Under the pieces are notes generated by a model. It saw only the letters and a list, made by a program, of their open reading frames with translations. It was not told the origin of the DNA and did no database searches. A program made the translations under genes and the position numbers. From Nemertoderma westbladi (taxonomy: Eukaryota; Animalia; Xenacoelomorpha), in NCBI GenBank assembly GCA_032718475.1, contig JAUCBJ010007072.1, positions 1 through 37,388 on the forward strand: a stretch of DNA of 37,388 nt. The letters are read 5' to 3'. Shown here piece after piece: positions 22,872-36,500 of this stretch; within the stretch, counting starts at the first letter, position 1, and the number at the start of each line of letters is the position of its first letter.

Positions 22872-22942
22872 TCCAACTGAGATTTGAACCCTTGACCTAA
22901 CATACGCACGACCTATGCGCTAACCTACCAGGCCACTGGACC
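22872..22942 (-). mobile_element. tRNA-derived SINE head or tRNA pseudogene
   Basis: Minus strand ggtccagTGGCCTGGTAGGttagcgc...agGGTTCAAATCtc has A- and B-box at tRNA spacing, but the acceptor and anticodon stems are poor. Confidence 0.6.
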
Positions 22943-23038
22943 AGGTGGTATATGAGTGCCAAAATGTACTATATATGGCAAATATACGGTTTTATAACTA
23001 AACTGTGAAAGCAAGGCAAATATATCAAATTTTGAAAG

Positions 23039-24239
23039 TGTTCGCGCTTTTAGACCTTTAGCAGTTTAACCTGCCAATTTTAATTGTCTTTTTTGTATAT
23101 CAATTATTTAATGTACTGAAGTTACATCAGCCGAAGCCAGCCTGTGCGCGACCATTCACCCACAGTTAAGGGAGACTGGATTCGGATGCTTTGATAGTGA
23201 TTGCAGTGTAGACCTACTGTATTATTCGATTGATCGTTAATATATAATCTCTGACAATATATTTACTTTCGGGGAAATATTAACAGTTCCTTTAGGACGT
23301 GGCGCTTTAAGTATAAAACAGAGTTATGACTTATACTAATCACAACTGGATGGCTACTGAGTTTCGTAAAAGGCGCGCGCATTCTTTAGGAGATGCTTTA
23401 TTAACCTTCACACTACTTCACACGACTTCACACTACTTCACACTACTGCGCACTGATCTGCCGACCGTCACTGAATTTGATCATATATAAGGAGGATCGC
23501 AACTGACACATGTAGGGATTATGAAATAGCATTCAATTCACACAAAAACCACTATAATGTAAGTCGCAGTTGCTACCGGTAAACCTGTTCCTCTAACCTT
23601 TAGTAATCAAAGAGATTGAGGGTTTTATGATTATTCATCGGTATTCTCCAAATATATCAGCAATATATACCAACATAACACCAATTAATAACAGAATCAA
23701 ATAATGCGGTGAACAGTCAGTATGTGTAGTTGAATCGCGTTGCGTAGTGCCGCGGTGTGGCGATTCAAATATGAAGTATGATTCAGCAATGATTCAGTAG
23801 TTGAATTGTTAATAGTTTTACGTTCTTTTAATCAAAGCCATCTGATGTTTCTGATGTTTAGGTCAAAGTCTGAAACTTCCACAGAAGTACAGAAGAATCC
23901 TAAGCTGGTGTTCTGGGCTTAGAAAAGATACACACTGACTGAATTGCGTGAGTTTCTGTAGGCACTGTCCAACACAAAGTGAAAATCGCTCTGATTGGCT
24001 GAGCCGAACAAAGAACACAGAGAGATTCAGGTTCCGCATTGGCAGTAAATCAGCTGACAGATTGCGTCATCTGAGTCATCTTTTAGAGTATTAAGCTAAT
24101 TGCGGCAAAATGGCTAGTTATGTCCGCTAAAGCACGCATACAGACATAACGGGTAAAAATGGCTTGTTATGTCCGCTAAAAGCACCTACACGGTACATTG
24201 CGGAGAAAATGACTGGTTATATCCGCAAAAGCTTTTACA
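23039..24239 (-). repeat. 3' LTR of a second, diverged family A element
   Basis: Same termini and colinear blocks as 3415-4609; preceded on the minus strand by purine-rich GGGAGCGG (24240-24247); three ~50-bp subrepeats at 24105-24232. Confidence 0.82.
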
Positions 24240-24265
24240 CCGCTCCCAGAAAATGGGATTTAATT

Positions 24266-25887
24266 CTATAAAATATAAAAAATCACAGTTTCTAAAATAT
24301 AAAAATACTCTAAACAGTTAGTCCTTCTTACGCGAACGGCGTTTACATAGTTTTTTGAGGCTAGCAAGAGTCCTTTTCTCTTTGGGGCGAGCCACTTTAC
24401 TAGGAGGGCTATAACTCCTGGGTGAAGGGTGCAATACAATTGCATCGGAAGGTTTAGAATGACGGTCGGTATATCCGCCGGTCGCGGTTTTCGGTTGATC
24501 GGTATCAACCTCAGTGGAACGAGGTCGAACAACCTTCAGAGCGCGTTTCAAGACAGCAACTCTTACTGGTCCCTGACGATTCGTCTGCACAAGAGCGGTA
24601 GGTGGACCGTGTGTAGTGAGAAATTTCCTCGGTTTGATGGTTTTCCGACTCGCGTACTCGGGCCCTGTCGAAATCGATATGCTTCTCCTCGAGCTGATTT
24701 TCCTCCGCTTGTCATTGGAAGCATTCATCTAAAACTCGTTTAGAGTGTAGGGTCGTCCAAGTTCGATATCTTCTTAGAGATTCTGGATTTCCCGATCGAA
24801 CTGAGATAAAGCCAACTCGTTCACCGCCTGGACTTGCTGCTGCAACTCACGTTCCTCCATACAATCGTAGGTTCCTTTTCCGATCTTTTGACGAATAGTG
24901 TCCAACGCATTTCGTACAACTCTCTCCTCCGCCTCGGCGACAGGTTGTATCGGGTTAGATCGGGACGATTATACGGGTTAAACAGGGACGATTATACGGT
25001 TGAATGGCGATATTAGGTGTCCGCGTCCCAATCCGGCTAGGTAAGATGGGCGAATATCTAGGGAGCCCACAACCGGAGTGCCACCGACTAATTGTTCGGG
25101 TAACACCAGATCTTTGAACAGTGAGTAAGCTTGGGAGGATCCGTGATACTATTAGGATCAAGAGTCTGAGGTCTCACCAGGGAATGAGGAGGTCTGACCG
25201 AGTATTCCGGAACTCTGATCATGGGTTTATTTAAGGATCGTTTGAGTTGAGCGAGCGTAGGTGATACATCGAACAAGTTTCGCTCGAAACTCCCGTAAAT
25301 TTAGCGAGTAAAACTGTGTTTAGCGCAACGTCTCCGCGGATGTTTGTCTTTCCGTTTGTTGGTTGGGTCTAGGGCATTCATCGTAATAATACCAAAGATG
25401 CACGTCTTGTAGGGGAAACGCTGGTGATCTTTCTCCAGTTTTACAACGTCTCTCTCAAGAATTCCAAATATACGTTGAAGTCACTGCGTTTATCAGGTTC
25501 TTTAACGTCTTCTCTTTCGAGTTGGTTTAGAATAGAATTTTCGTGTTCGATTCTCAGTTTATTGTTCCGACTCCGCTGGGTATGATATTTAAATAGGATC
25601 ATTTCCCTTTCGGGGTCCACATCGTCCATATTGTGTAAATCGATAGGATGGCCAGTAGTTAAGAAGTCCATATACGTACCATTACGATGCGTATAGCGAG
25701 CGGTGAATTTTCTATAGTCCAATTCACGCATGAGTTGTTCCTTTGACATTGGCGGTTCGATATAACGGCCATCGTCCTCCGTAGTGGGTGGACTAGTGTC
25801 GCCGCGTATTAAACTATCAACAAACGCTTGCAATGGTAGGGTATATCGCTCCCTGATACCAAGATCATCTTCTATCAACTCAGTCAT
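24266..25887 (-). pseudogene. Degenerate ORF of unknown function immediately upstream of the family A 3' LTR
   Basis: Consecutive minus-strand ORF fragments (25887-25441, 25276-25088, 25161-24955, 24728-24318, 24532-24266) with coding-like composition; no recognisable domain. Confidence 0.45.
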
Positions 25888-26710
25888 AGCTGCTATATGA
25901 GTTTATCGATATTATAATTAATTATAATTTAGGCTAGCGGTCGTTGCTGCCTCCCCCTCAATGCCCCCGGACAGCGCAAGCTCCTCAGCGCTGATGTACT
26001 GTCGCCGCTGTGTCTATCGCCAACATAGTAGCTACACAACGACAACAACAACCAGCGCGAATCACTCCACTGTCCGTACCAAGGGCTTAGATTTACTTCA
26101 GGTTCTTACTGCGGAGGTAGGGCTACTTTCACAACTGCGACTCACTACTGTAAACACACTTTAGTAGTAACATTCACCTATAAACGCACAAATTCCACAC
26201 AACTGTCACAAATTGTACACATTCGGGCCATTTGTCCGTTAGTCAAATGCCTTCCAGAATGCCACGTTATTATTATGTATCCCTGGACACTAGCCCTGCG
26301 CTATTTATTCCGTATGCCATTCAATGGGGCAAGCTTTATATTGTTCTTTTAACTCACTTCTAATTCTAGCGTGGTTGTTGCCATGGTGACATTATGGAAA
26401 GCTAGCAGTAGAATTAGGATAATTCTCATGCATACAGATCTGGGATGCTATTTAATAGTAATTCTTTAATTGTCAATATTCCCCCTTATACATGATTTTA
26501 TGAATTTTATCGGCTATTGACTATATATTGGAGATTCTCTCACGCTAATATACTTAATAGGGTGAATCTCCGCTCCCATGATCTATTAATTAATGGAATT
26601 TTGGGAATGTTATAAATTGTATAAAATGACAATTTATCAAATTCATGAGAGGATATGAATTTAAATTTATTCCCGTAAATTTTATTATTTAATAATAAAA
26701 TAGACACAAT

Positions 26711-27074
26711 TTTATTCCAGAACATGTCTGGGGACTGGGATCCTTGATTCTAGGAAATTTGTCCTTTTAAGAGTATCGGTAAGTGCTACGATATCTTAAT
26801 CGACTAGAATTTTTAAAGGATCTAAATTTTAACAGATTTTGATTTATAGATTTTCTTGGTTTACAAACTTGGTTTCTTGGTTCTTGGTTTATTTGTATGT
26901 ATTCACTCTATTATAACATTTGCTTTAATAGATTTTTTATAAATATTACCTATGTAATATCTAAGATGGGCACCGATTTATTCCAGAACATGTCTGGGGA
27001 CGTTAACCATTGATTCTAGAATTTTGTCTTTCAAGTATATCGGTGGGTGCCGCGATATCTTAATCGACTAGAAT
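26711..27074. repeat. Two ~100-bp diverged direct repeats 266 bp apart
   Basis: tttattccagaacatgtctggggac...cgatatcttaatcgactagaatt at 26711-26811 and 26977-27074. Confidence 0.85.
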
Positions 27075-27219
27075 TACAGATGGTCAAAGGGCCATCATCC
27101 TGTACTGCAGATAGCAGAGGCGTGAGCATATAGCCTACTTGGTTTTGCTTACCGCCCACACTAATAGGCTTACTTCCTGCTGCCTTACCGTTAATTCGTT
27201 ATGTGGTGTATATGGTCCA

Positions 27220-27610
27220 ACCTCATTACTCTTAGCCCCTTTACTGCTTCAAAAACTTCCCGATAGCATAGTAAAGGAGTGGAACCGAACCCATACCATT
27301 GACCGCCTTAATTTGGATTTAGGTCTCCTCATACAATTTGTCATGGGTGAACTAGAAAACTTGGATGCATTAGAATTCAACAAGCATAAAGACGGCAATA
27401 ACGGCAATAAAGATTCTAAGCACAAGGGTCATAATTTGCCATATACCAACACCTACCATTAACCAAGACATTTTACTAGTCACGTTCCATCAACCATATC
27501 GGCTTTAAATGTGACTGATCTGACTGCATCCTGCCATACATGTCTAAATGCACCTCATGGACTACAACTTTGCCCTGCCTTTCTGGCAAAAGAACCCCAA
27601 AAACGATCGA
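27220..27610 (+). pseudogene. BEL/Pao Gag remnant
   Basis: LLAPLLLQKLPDSIVKEW...LLIQFV followed, after a frame change, by CHTCLNAPHGLQLCPAFLAKEPQKR, the typical first knuckle of BEL/Pao Gag. Confidence 0.65.
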
Positions 27611-28676
27611 CCAAGAACTTACATTAAATGCCACCTCTACCCTATAACTTTCTCTAATGTTTATTAGTATTATATTGTTGTGTTATTGGTATTACGCTCA
27701 TTCCCACCGTACATGCAATATATTGGTGAGAGGTATTAGCTATTGATCTAGTAAATGCCAAACATATTACAAGTCAAACTGAACCCTCTTATTTGTTACA
27801 ATGATTCCGAGGTCTACCGCATATCCTCGACAGACCACGGGTTGACCGACAGCAGGTTCCCTGAGCGAAACCGGAATACAGGTACTGAAACTCGGATTTG
27901 TAACCATAAACTAAAATTTGTAACAAGGTACCTTACTCCAAGTAAACTACCAGTTTACTTTTTCACGAAATATAAGGTCGGTTCCTTATTGGGCCGCTAG
28001 GCCCGTCACTAGAATTAAGTCTGATAAGTGGAGCAATATATCGGTCTGCTTAAGATGAGTAGAAAATTCTAAGAATTCACAAGAAGACATGCCATCAATC
28101 AAACCGTTCTTTATAAAAATTACGTACATGGAACTCCATAGATTACTGATGGAAAGAAATTGAGATCAATAAAGTATATTAATTTGTTTATTATTATAAA
28201 TTATCTGCCTAATACGCCATGGACTTATTATATATTAATAATTTAGACATTACCAGTTAAAAATATAGCATTTAACTATTGTTCAATACAACACCTGCGT
28301 TGTTTCTATGGTGATAACTCTATTCATTAGTACAAACAGAAATCATCATTCTGTCCTTATAATACAATCAATATAACATTCACATCACATATATCTCGGA
28401 TATCAAAATTATTCCATTTGTAAATTAGTTTGCTAAAACATTGTACAGTACAATATAACACATTTGCAACTTTCCCGGTATTTGTACAACATTTTATAGC
28501 CAGGTTTTAATTAATAGGGTTAATATAGAAATATAGAAATCTCAATTATATGGTATAATCAAGGACTGGTTAACATATATCAATAGAGACTTGCTTATTA
28601 TCTAACTAAACCCAGTACTGGTTTAAATTAATAATATTTATATTTCATATATTTCGGTAAGACTGCACAGTGCACT

Positions 28677-28976
28677 ATGTCGTCGTCAGCGTCCACCCAT
28701 GTAGTCCTGTATATTCTGGCCAATTTTTGTATATCAATTTCACTTGGTGGATTCTACATCAACTCTTTCTGCACTAACCAGACATCACTTGGTGCGTCTA
28801 CCAAAGCCCCAACATCCACCCACTGTAGCATTGATTGTGAACAGAGTAATCAATGCTCCTCTTTTAACTTCACTGACAGATGCGAGATATTCCAAGAGAG
28901 TTGTGTTGCAGATATGGTCAACTGGGATGTTTTCCATTCTGGGATGAAACGATCGATTAGCAAACGAATAGGTTAA
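28677..28976 (+). CDS. Small secreted PAN/apple-like cysteine-rich protein (99 aa)
   Basis: Hydrophobic leader, then six Cys with HCSIDCEQSNQCSSFNFTDRCEIF (C-x3-C-x5-C-x-SFNF-x3-C PAN pattern); AATAAA at 28977-28982 right after the stop. Confidence 0.68.
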   Translation: MSSSASTHVVLYILANFCISISLGGFYINSFCTNQTSLGASTKAPTSTHCSIDCEQSNQCSSFNFTDRCEIFQESCVADMVNWDVFHSGMKRSISKRIG

Positions 28977-29012
28977 AATAAACATATATTTATAGCGTAT
29001 ATTTTTCGAATA

Positions 29013-30534
29013 CTACTACTAGGATCGACAATGCTGCATTGCAGCTGCATTTTTAAGAATGCTGTGCCGGCTTGTCGACAAAATCGCGCCGCCACAACTC
29101 CCTATCACCCATGACATTTGCTAGATCATCCGCATCTTCAAGGCCAGTGTCCTTTAAGATGCGTCTCAAGAAAGTCATGGGCTGTCCACCATGCTTATTC
29201 ACTCTATGAGGCTCCCAAAGTACAAGATTATGCACTGGCTGGTCCTCACGGCGAAAGCAATGTCCTGCAAAGCGAAGGCGATTTTGTTCTAGTGTCAAGC
29301 TTGGGGGAACCAATGAGACACCTCCAATGTTATATAGTGTCTGGTTGGAGATGTGTGCATTGTACTTGACACAATGAACCCGGCGTCCGATCCGATCAGA
29401 GACTTGCTGAGGACTTTCAAAGTTAACTGTCAAAATTTTGGTCTTTCTGGAGTTAATAAAAAGACCAACACTAGAAGCAGCATGTTCTAACGAGCTGAGG
29501 AGCCGTTGGGCTCCCTCTAGTGATTCTGAGAGTACTCCTAAATCATCAGCAAAGTCTAGATCAGTTAGGTACTTGGCAGGATTTCCTCGACTTCGGGAGC
29601 CAGTAGGTGGAGTTATCATCACCCCATCATCATTATGATGATCTAAGGACGTGCGTAGAACAACAATTGTCAACCACAATTATGAACAAGAATGGTGCAA
29701 GTGTGTCTCCCTGGAGGACGTCCCATTACACTTCAAATGGTTATCTGTCACCGTCAACAGTAGACACAAATGTTGTCGAACCATTGTATACTGATCTGAT
29801 TGCTGCAATAATTTCATCAGGAATCCCATATAATGAAAGTATGCGGAACATACGTGAGCGAGAGACTGAATCAAAGGCCTTGAAGAAGTCAACAAAGATA
29901 ACAGATATGCTGATAAGATGCCTGTCTTTCTTTTTTGATAACTCTTCAATTATCATTCTAAGTGCCAAAATGGGCTCCATGGTCCCACGACCTTTACGGA
30001 ACCCATTCTGATTTCCACGGAGCAGTCTCTCAATGGGATCCCTGATGCGATTTAATATAATTCTATTGTATAGCTTTGCAGCAATCGAGATCAATGAGAT
30101 TCCCCGAAAAGAACCATGGAGTGTTAGGTTGCCCTTCTTGGGAACTGGCACCAACTTATTTGTTTTCATTTCTTGTGGGACTCTTGTTGTTCGGTATATG
30201 TCTACTATGATGGGATAGATGGATGATAGGGGGATGAGCTTTAAACACTCAGGTATTTTAAAGACCTCAGGGGGAACACCATCTACTCCACTAGCACGAT
30301 TGGTCTTAATGCTCTTTGCAGCAGCCTTCACTTCTGCAAAGGAGATATCGCCAATGGGAATATCTGGGAGTACAGACTCAGACACTTTTACTTCTATAAA
30401 GTTATCAGGCAATACCCTGTCATTATTGAGGAGCTTTTCAAAGTGGGCCTTCCAACCATTGAGGCGATCGGCTGGTGATTCAGCTCTAACCTTGGTGGTT
30501 GGTTGGCATTTCCGACCAGTAAGCAAGTTGATCG
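29013..30534 (-). mobile_element. RTE-clade LINE copy 3 with RT domain, frameshifted and internally deleted
   Basis: RT motifs (GVDG, FRGISL, QNGFRKGR, FVDFFKAFDSV, LQGD, FADD), (TAG)n tail and 12-bp TSD ATTTTTCGAATA at 29001-29012 and 30535-30546. Confidence 0.92.
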
Positions 30535-30554
30535 ATTTTTCGAATAAATATATA

Positions 30555-30929
30555 CGGTGGCTGATTGCGGCCAATTATTTCCATTTTTAAAATTATTTTT
30601 CACCCGGGTTAAAAACATTTATCACCCGGTTGAAATATCTGTGTCAGAACACTGAATGCATGTAGTTAGTTCCCTTATTAATAATATCGAAAGCTCATTT
30701 TAATCCAGTTTCACTCTTGGTGAATAAATATCTCGACCAATGTTAGTAATCAATTACGGGAAAGGATCAGGTTACAGTGGCATGTTATTCAAACCAAAAC
30801 AATAAACGAAAATCAATAGTTAAACATTTAAATATTTTTAACCCGGGTGAAACATAATTTTTATCCAGGTGATAAATGTTTTTCACCCGCGTGATAAACA
30901 TGGAAATAATTGGCCGCAATCAGCCACCG
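30555..30929. mobile_element. 375-bp MITE with 30-bp perfect TIRs and TA TSD (Tc1/mariner-type)
   Basis: TA|CGGTGGCTGATTGCGGCCAATTATTTCCAT ... ATGGAAATAATTGGCCGCAATCAGCCACCG|TA; subterminal tcaccc(g)g repeats. Confidence 0.9.
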
Positions 30930-31681
30930 TAAATATACAATAAATACTATCTACTATATATACTATTATAGTACTATCTAGTGTAGCCATGTAAATTTGC
31001 AGTTGCTTCATTAATTGAGTTTATTCCGTATGGTTCTAAGGGCTGCAGTGTGCACTTCCGTTGCTTGTAAAATGTTGATCAACCTTACATGTCTGCTTCT
31101 TTTTGTTTGTAATTTGTGTTTTATAATTAGCAATTAGCAATTTATAGCTTTACAAAATTACCCGAACCTACTGCACTAAAATAAAAATCAAAGCTACAGC
31201 ACAAACATAATTACTATTTTATTAACTAGTTTTGGTTAGATTCAGCCCTTCTGTAACCTGTATTTTTGGTGAAAACCAGGTCTTCTTCAGGGTAAACCGA
31301 AAAGTAAAATATAACAGCAGAAACTCTGGTTGGTATTCTTCACATATGGCCTAAATAATTTATAAATGAAAAATAAATAGAAATTTCAATAAAAAAATCT
31401 TTATTAAGTAAATACTAAGTATATTACATAAATAATTACATTATAAAAACGTTTATACTAATTTAGGGCGAACTAAAACTACCAACATGAAGAAATTAAA
31501 CGCGTGGATTATTCAGTTATAGTATTGATTTCCTAGCCAACTGGCCTTAACTTACTGTACCTACAATTTAAAGGTCAAATAATCTGAAATAACTAGCTAG
31601 CTACATAGCTTACCATGAACGCGCGCATTCACTATAGTCCATGGGCCAGCCAGCATAGGGGATACGTTATGGTAACCAACT

Positions 31682-32324
31682 TGTAAGCGGATTCAATTCC
31701 ACTTCATTACCCACCAGAAAATGGGACTAGTGGCATTTTAGCAATATGTTGGAGATACGAGATTACCAATATCAATCTCATATCATAACCAACATTGGGG
31801 GGGGGGGGGGGGGGGACACAATCCCCAAAGCCACATAGGAAGGTTAGAGGTCAAACCACCTCGGAGGGAATACAGCTAGTAGAGGCTAGCAGCAGAGGGG
31901 AAACACTCCCAGGGAGTGCCAAGGTGACAAGTAGTATATTAGCCAATATAGGGGAGGGAAGCACGTGATAGGGAACAGGAAAGCATCCATTGGGTAGAAG
32001 GCCAAAGTAGAGTAAGAGGGGAAGCAATATTCAATGTATTAATCATATATTATCTCACATTACCAGTCAGTTATGTTATTCAGTTTAGATAGGGCAGACT
32101 GGTCATAGTTATTGACCGACACCGCCATACCGGTAACCATTTATCTGTATTTCGCTTTAACCATACATTGTGCTATCATCGGATATATTTACTAATATAG
32201 AAAGACAACACCAAACTCTTATTGTTTTTCCCCTACGGCCTCGGCCAAAGCTGTTAGCACGATCCCCAAGCAGAATGGTGATGCGTACTATAACAACCCG
32301 GTCAGGATCCCTGATCCCGTCACA
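31682..32324 (+). mobile_element. Solo LTR of family B with 5-bp TSD CAACT
   Basis: TGTAAGCGGATTCAATTCC...GGATCCCTGATCCCGTCACA flanked by CAACT at 31677-31681 and 32325-32329. Confidence 0.9.
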
Positions 32325-33171
32325 CAACTGGAACTTATATTTTTTGGAAGACCTATCTTTTGGCCATTCATTTTGATATGATACCAAATCTGAATCGGTA
32401 GCTGACTTGATGTAATCAGTGATTGTCATGGAAATGGTAAAAATGTCCATGAATATGGTCCAAAATCACAAATATCGAGATTTGTTAAATTTGATTTTTG
32501 ACACTTTTAGCGACTGACACTTGATCATACACCACCGTAGATCGGTAGAGGTTAAACATAAGTTCGTTAAATAAGAACCACCATTACGATCTGATAAAGT
32601 GCACTTGTACAAATATGTGTGCAAAAGTGAAAACTGTTTAAAAAGGTCAAATTATATAGTATTGGGTTCTTTTCTTTGCAGATATTTTATTTTCATAGTA
32701 ATATGTTGTTTGGACCATACTGAGCGCATTAGGGATATGTGTATAAATAACCGGCCCTTATAAGGCTTCGATTGGGTAAATTAATAAAACATAAGGTTGT
32801 AATATTGTAAAAAACCAGTGTGATATTAAATGAACTTTAAACAATAAATAGAGATCAAATAACAAATGGACCACACAATTAAAAACTCGCACAATTTTGT
32901 ACTTATTATATCTCTAGATCCATTTGTCAGTGGGATCGACTTACAGGGCGTGTCACAAAAATGACTGGTACTTGTTTTTATTTCATTTTCTTTCTACATA
33001 CAGTTTTAATGAAACTGACCCTATCTCCTTATTGTACTAATAAAATAATAATAATTCTCTACTGGAAACAAAAAATTATTATCAGAATCAGTATTATTTA
33101 ATAGGTTAAATAAGGAATATTATTAAAAAATTACTTCATTATTACACCCAAAGTTACTATATCAACTAAGT

Positions 33172-33478
33172 AATACGATACTAAACAATGTAATACAGCA
33201 CAAAACTTTACAATACAATACTAAGCAATATAATACAGTACAAAACTTTACAATACAGCACTAAACACTATAATATGATACAGTACTTTACAATAGAACA
33301 CGTAACAATACAATACAATGCTTCACAGTACAATACCAGATAATACAATACTTTACTATACAATACACTACAATACGATACATTGCAATACGATACAGTA
33401 AAATACAGGCAATACAATACAATAAATACGTTACTATTCTGTACAGTACAAATCGGTATGAGACAATACACTACGATA
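33172..33478. repeat. Degenerate (AATAC)n pentamer microsatellite
   Basis: Runs of tacaa/tacag/tacga units just beyond the 3' end of the CRE-like element. Confidence 0.8.
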
Positions 33479-33521
33479 GGCTAAAAACAAGGTTGTAAGG
33501 TCTGTATTGTCTGTGAGGCCT

Positions 33522-36500
33522 CTAAAGCACCCCATCTACTGAGGGGGGGAAGGTTGGGGATCTGCGCAGCCACATGGAGGAGTTCCCACGCCACAGGATA
33601 ACGGATAGCCTCTGGAAAAGGTGTCGGATTGAGTCACCAGTGGGTGTACCACGTCTTAGGCCCTGGAGTCTGGCAATTTCCCGAATGGTAGAGGAAGAGT
33701 GGGGATCCCAACCACCTAGTGCCTCAACGACCAAGGGTGTAAAACCGACGCCGGAGCTCCTGCACTCATCTGCGTGGGCTGCTAGCTTTCGATTTCTGGC
33801 TATGGATTGGGCATAGCCAGGGTCTGTGGCAGCACCGTTGAGGGTTAAGGCCTGCAGGGGGGAGATGACCGTGACATCCAAGGCCATTGGCTGACTGCGA
33901 TGCCAGTTGGGGAGAAAAATATCGGCTGGACGACTGCGAGACCCAGGAATGAGGCCGGGGACTTCACTTCGAGGCGCAAGAGCAGCAGATTGTGCAGCTA
34001 AGAAAATTGCGCCCCGAAGAGAGTCATGACGAGCAATCCTGTCCCCATCTCCACCGCAGCCGACCTGATGATCCCCATACGGGTCTGCTGGGGAAGAGCA
34101 TACGGGACAAGGGTAGGTGGAGGAGCTCATACGGATGCCAAGCCAATAGCAAATTGAGTGGCGATACTCGGCGTCAAGGAAATGTAGCCCTAGTCTTTCT
34201 GAAGGGATTGTATGTAGCCAATCCCCTGCATGTGGCAGGGAGGAGGAGTTGGCAAGCGCCTTAGACCTGTGGTCAGGGGCATTAGAGATTAGGTCATCAA
34301 ACAAGGCCAGATCGATGGAGTGAGAGAGTTGGCGTTGAGTAATAGGGGAAGGTAGAGCTTCGAGGGTAGACCAGTCAGATTCTTTAGCAGCCTGCGCCAG
34401 GGAGGACAGGGTGGGGGTAATGTGAGGGTTGAAAGGGGCATGATGCAGGATTTGGGAGACCAATGCCTCGCATTGGCAGACGGATGCAATGTATGCCGCA
34501 GGGGCATGATCAGCTGCTCCGCGAAGACCAACACCTCCCATGGAGGTTGGGAGAACAGCCTTATTGGCTGACCAGCTGGAAAGAGAGCCCCCTACGAGGT
34601 CGGACAGAGCAGCATGAATGACAGAATCAAACTGTGCGGTCGCATCTTGGATGAGGTAAGGTGGGCAGCAGCGAAGGGCAAACACAACTTTGGGGAGTGA
34701 CAAGCACGACCGAAGCAGAGTCATCTCCATCTGAGAATCTTTCAAGTCTGGAAGCAGTTTAATGATGGACCTGACCTTTTCAACTCTGCCCCTCAAGGAG
34801 GCCTCGCAGAAGGATTCTGGACCAATTGGGGAACCCAGTAGGATGAAACCCTTGGAAAGTACAGGGATTGAGGTGGGAAGGGGGTTTGGCACAGATGCAG
34901 ATGACTCAGGGATGAACAACTGGGACTTTGAATGGTTTAGGTGGAGCCCTCTGGGGTAGCCTGCTTCTTCAAGTATCTTGAGGGCCTTGAGGAGGTCTGC
35001 TGGGGAACCGCAGAGTGAAACATCATCCAGGTACCATACGTGGATAAGGAGGCCTGGGATTTCATCACGAATCCGCTCTGCCACAGGGTGACCGGCCAGA
35101 GAGAAAGCCAGTGGGCCCAATGGGTCTCCCTGTTGGACACCACTGCAGCTGAGAATCTTGCGGTCGCCCAACCACAGAACACCCTGGGCGCCGTAGCAGG
35201 CTTCGATCCAAGCAGAGATTGATGGCATATGTTCCCTAACTTCCACAAACATGTTGGAACGGTCAATGTTGTTGAAGGCATTACTGAAGTCTACCAAAAG
35301 GACCCACTTGCTGTCAGCAGGGATAGTGGGATCCTCTAAAGTGGAGGAGATGGCACGTACAACTGCTTCACAGCCATTCGGGGTGGCAACACCGACCTGC
35401 AGGGGGCATAGAAGAGTGGAAGCTGCTGAGCTAACAGATGAAGAAAGACACTTGGAGACCATCCTCCTTAAGGTTTCACCGACGGCAATTGGGCGTAGGC
35501 CACCCCCCTTCTTCACGCAAGGGTACAGAGATGCTCCACAGAGGTAGGGGAGGATGGTGGGAGGGACTTGGCCAGAAGCCATATGGTTGGAGGCATTGGT
35601 CAATGCCGTGAGGGCACGGTTGGCCTTGGATGGGGATGGGGCAGAGATAACCTCCTTCAGGTGGGTAGGTCGTAGCTGGGATGGTCCTGGGGAAGAGCCA
35701 GGGGGGAACGACTTGATGGCCTTGGAGATAGCTGCAGCTGGAATGAGGGCTGGGGGCGGTACAGGGCCACATGGTAGGGATGGCACTTGGGGCTGTGGAT
35801 GCTTGGAGAGCATCTCTATAAAGGTGTCTTCCGTGAGCTCAGCCAGGCCCTGGGAAGTTAATGCTTGGGCCGCCTTACTATATTGACCATCTGCCATGGC
35901 ACGACGGGCCCGCCTTGCGTTGGACTCACGAATTGACTCAGGGGTTGGCTTGCTGAGCCGTTTCGGTTTCCTGGATGCGGAGTAGTTGGAGCATGACTCT
36001 TCCCAGAGACTAAGGATGTCACCGTTAAGCCATTTTCGTAGCCGGGACTTGACTAACTTCTCTATGTCTTTCCAATGGCAGCGCCCTGCCCTTTTGGGGT
36101 TAGCCAGAATGCATGGGGATAGAAGGAAGGCGGGTACCCAGTTGATAGGGTTAAGGGGATCCGAGCAGATGGATTCAAACACTCCACTGACCACATCAGC
36201 CCACAGATCACGACAAGCCTTGGGTATATGACGGAGGGTTGGGATCTTCATCCGGAGGATAGAGTCAATAGAAGGGAGAGAAGCGGACGAGGCACCCAGA
36301 GAGGGTAAGTGGGGTGCATGGGAAGCACTGGTAGGTTGTTGTGAACTTGACACACCTGGACATGTTGGGTGATGAGTGTTGATGGGAGGTGAAGGAGCTG
36401 TGGCATTCAGCAGACGGGCCTTCAACACTTCCTTCTTGCCGGTTGTGGGGAGGCCACGAGATTTGAGCTGGAGCTTAAGATCACTGACCTTAAGGGTATC

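Noticed and set aside
22872-22942. Functional tRNA gene
   Set aside because: A and B boxes are present but the cloverleaf stems do not pair properly.
3415-24239. LTRs at 3415 and 23039 as the two ends of one element
   Set aside because: They are too diverged, have no shared TSD, and their internal sequences face outward (PBS left of 3415, PPT right of 24239).
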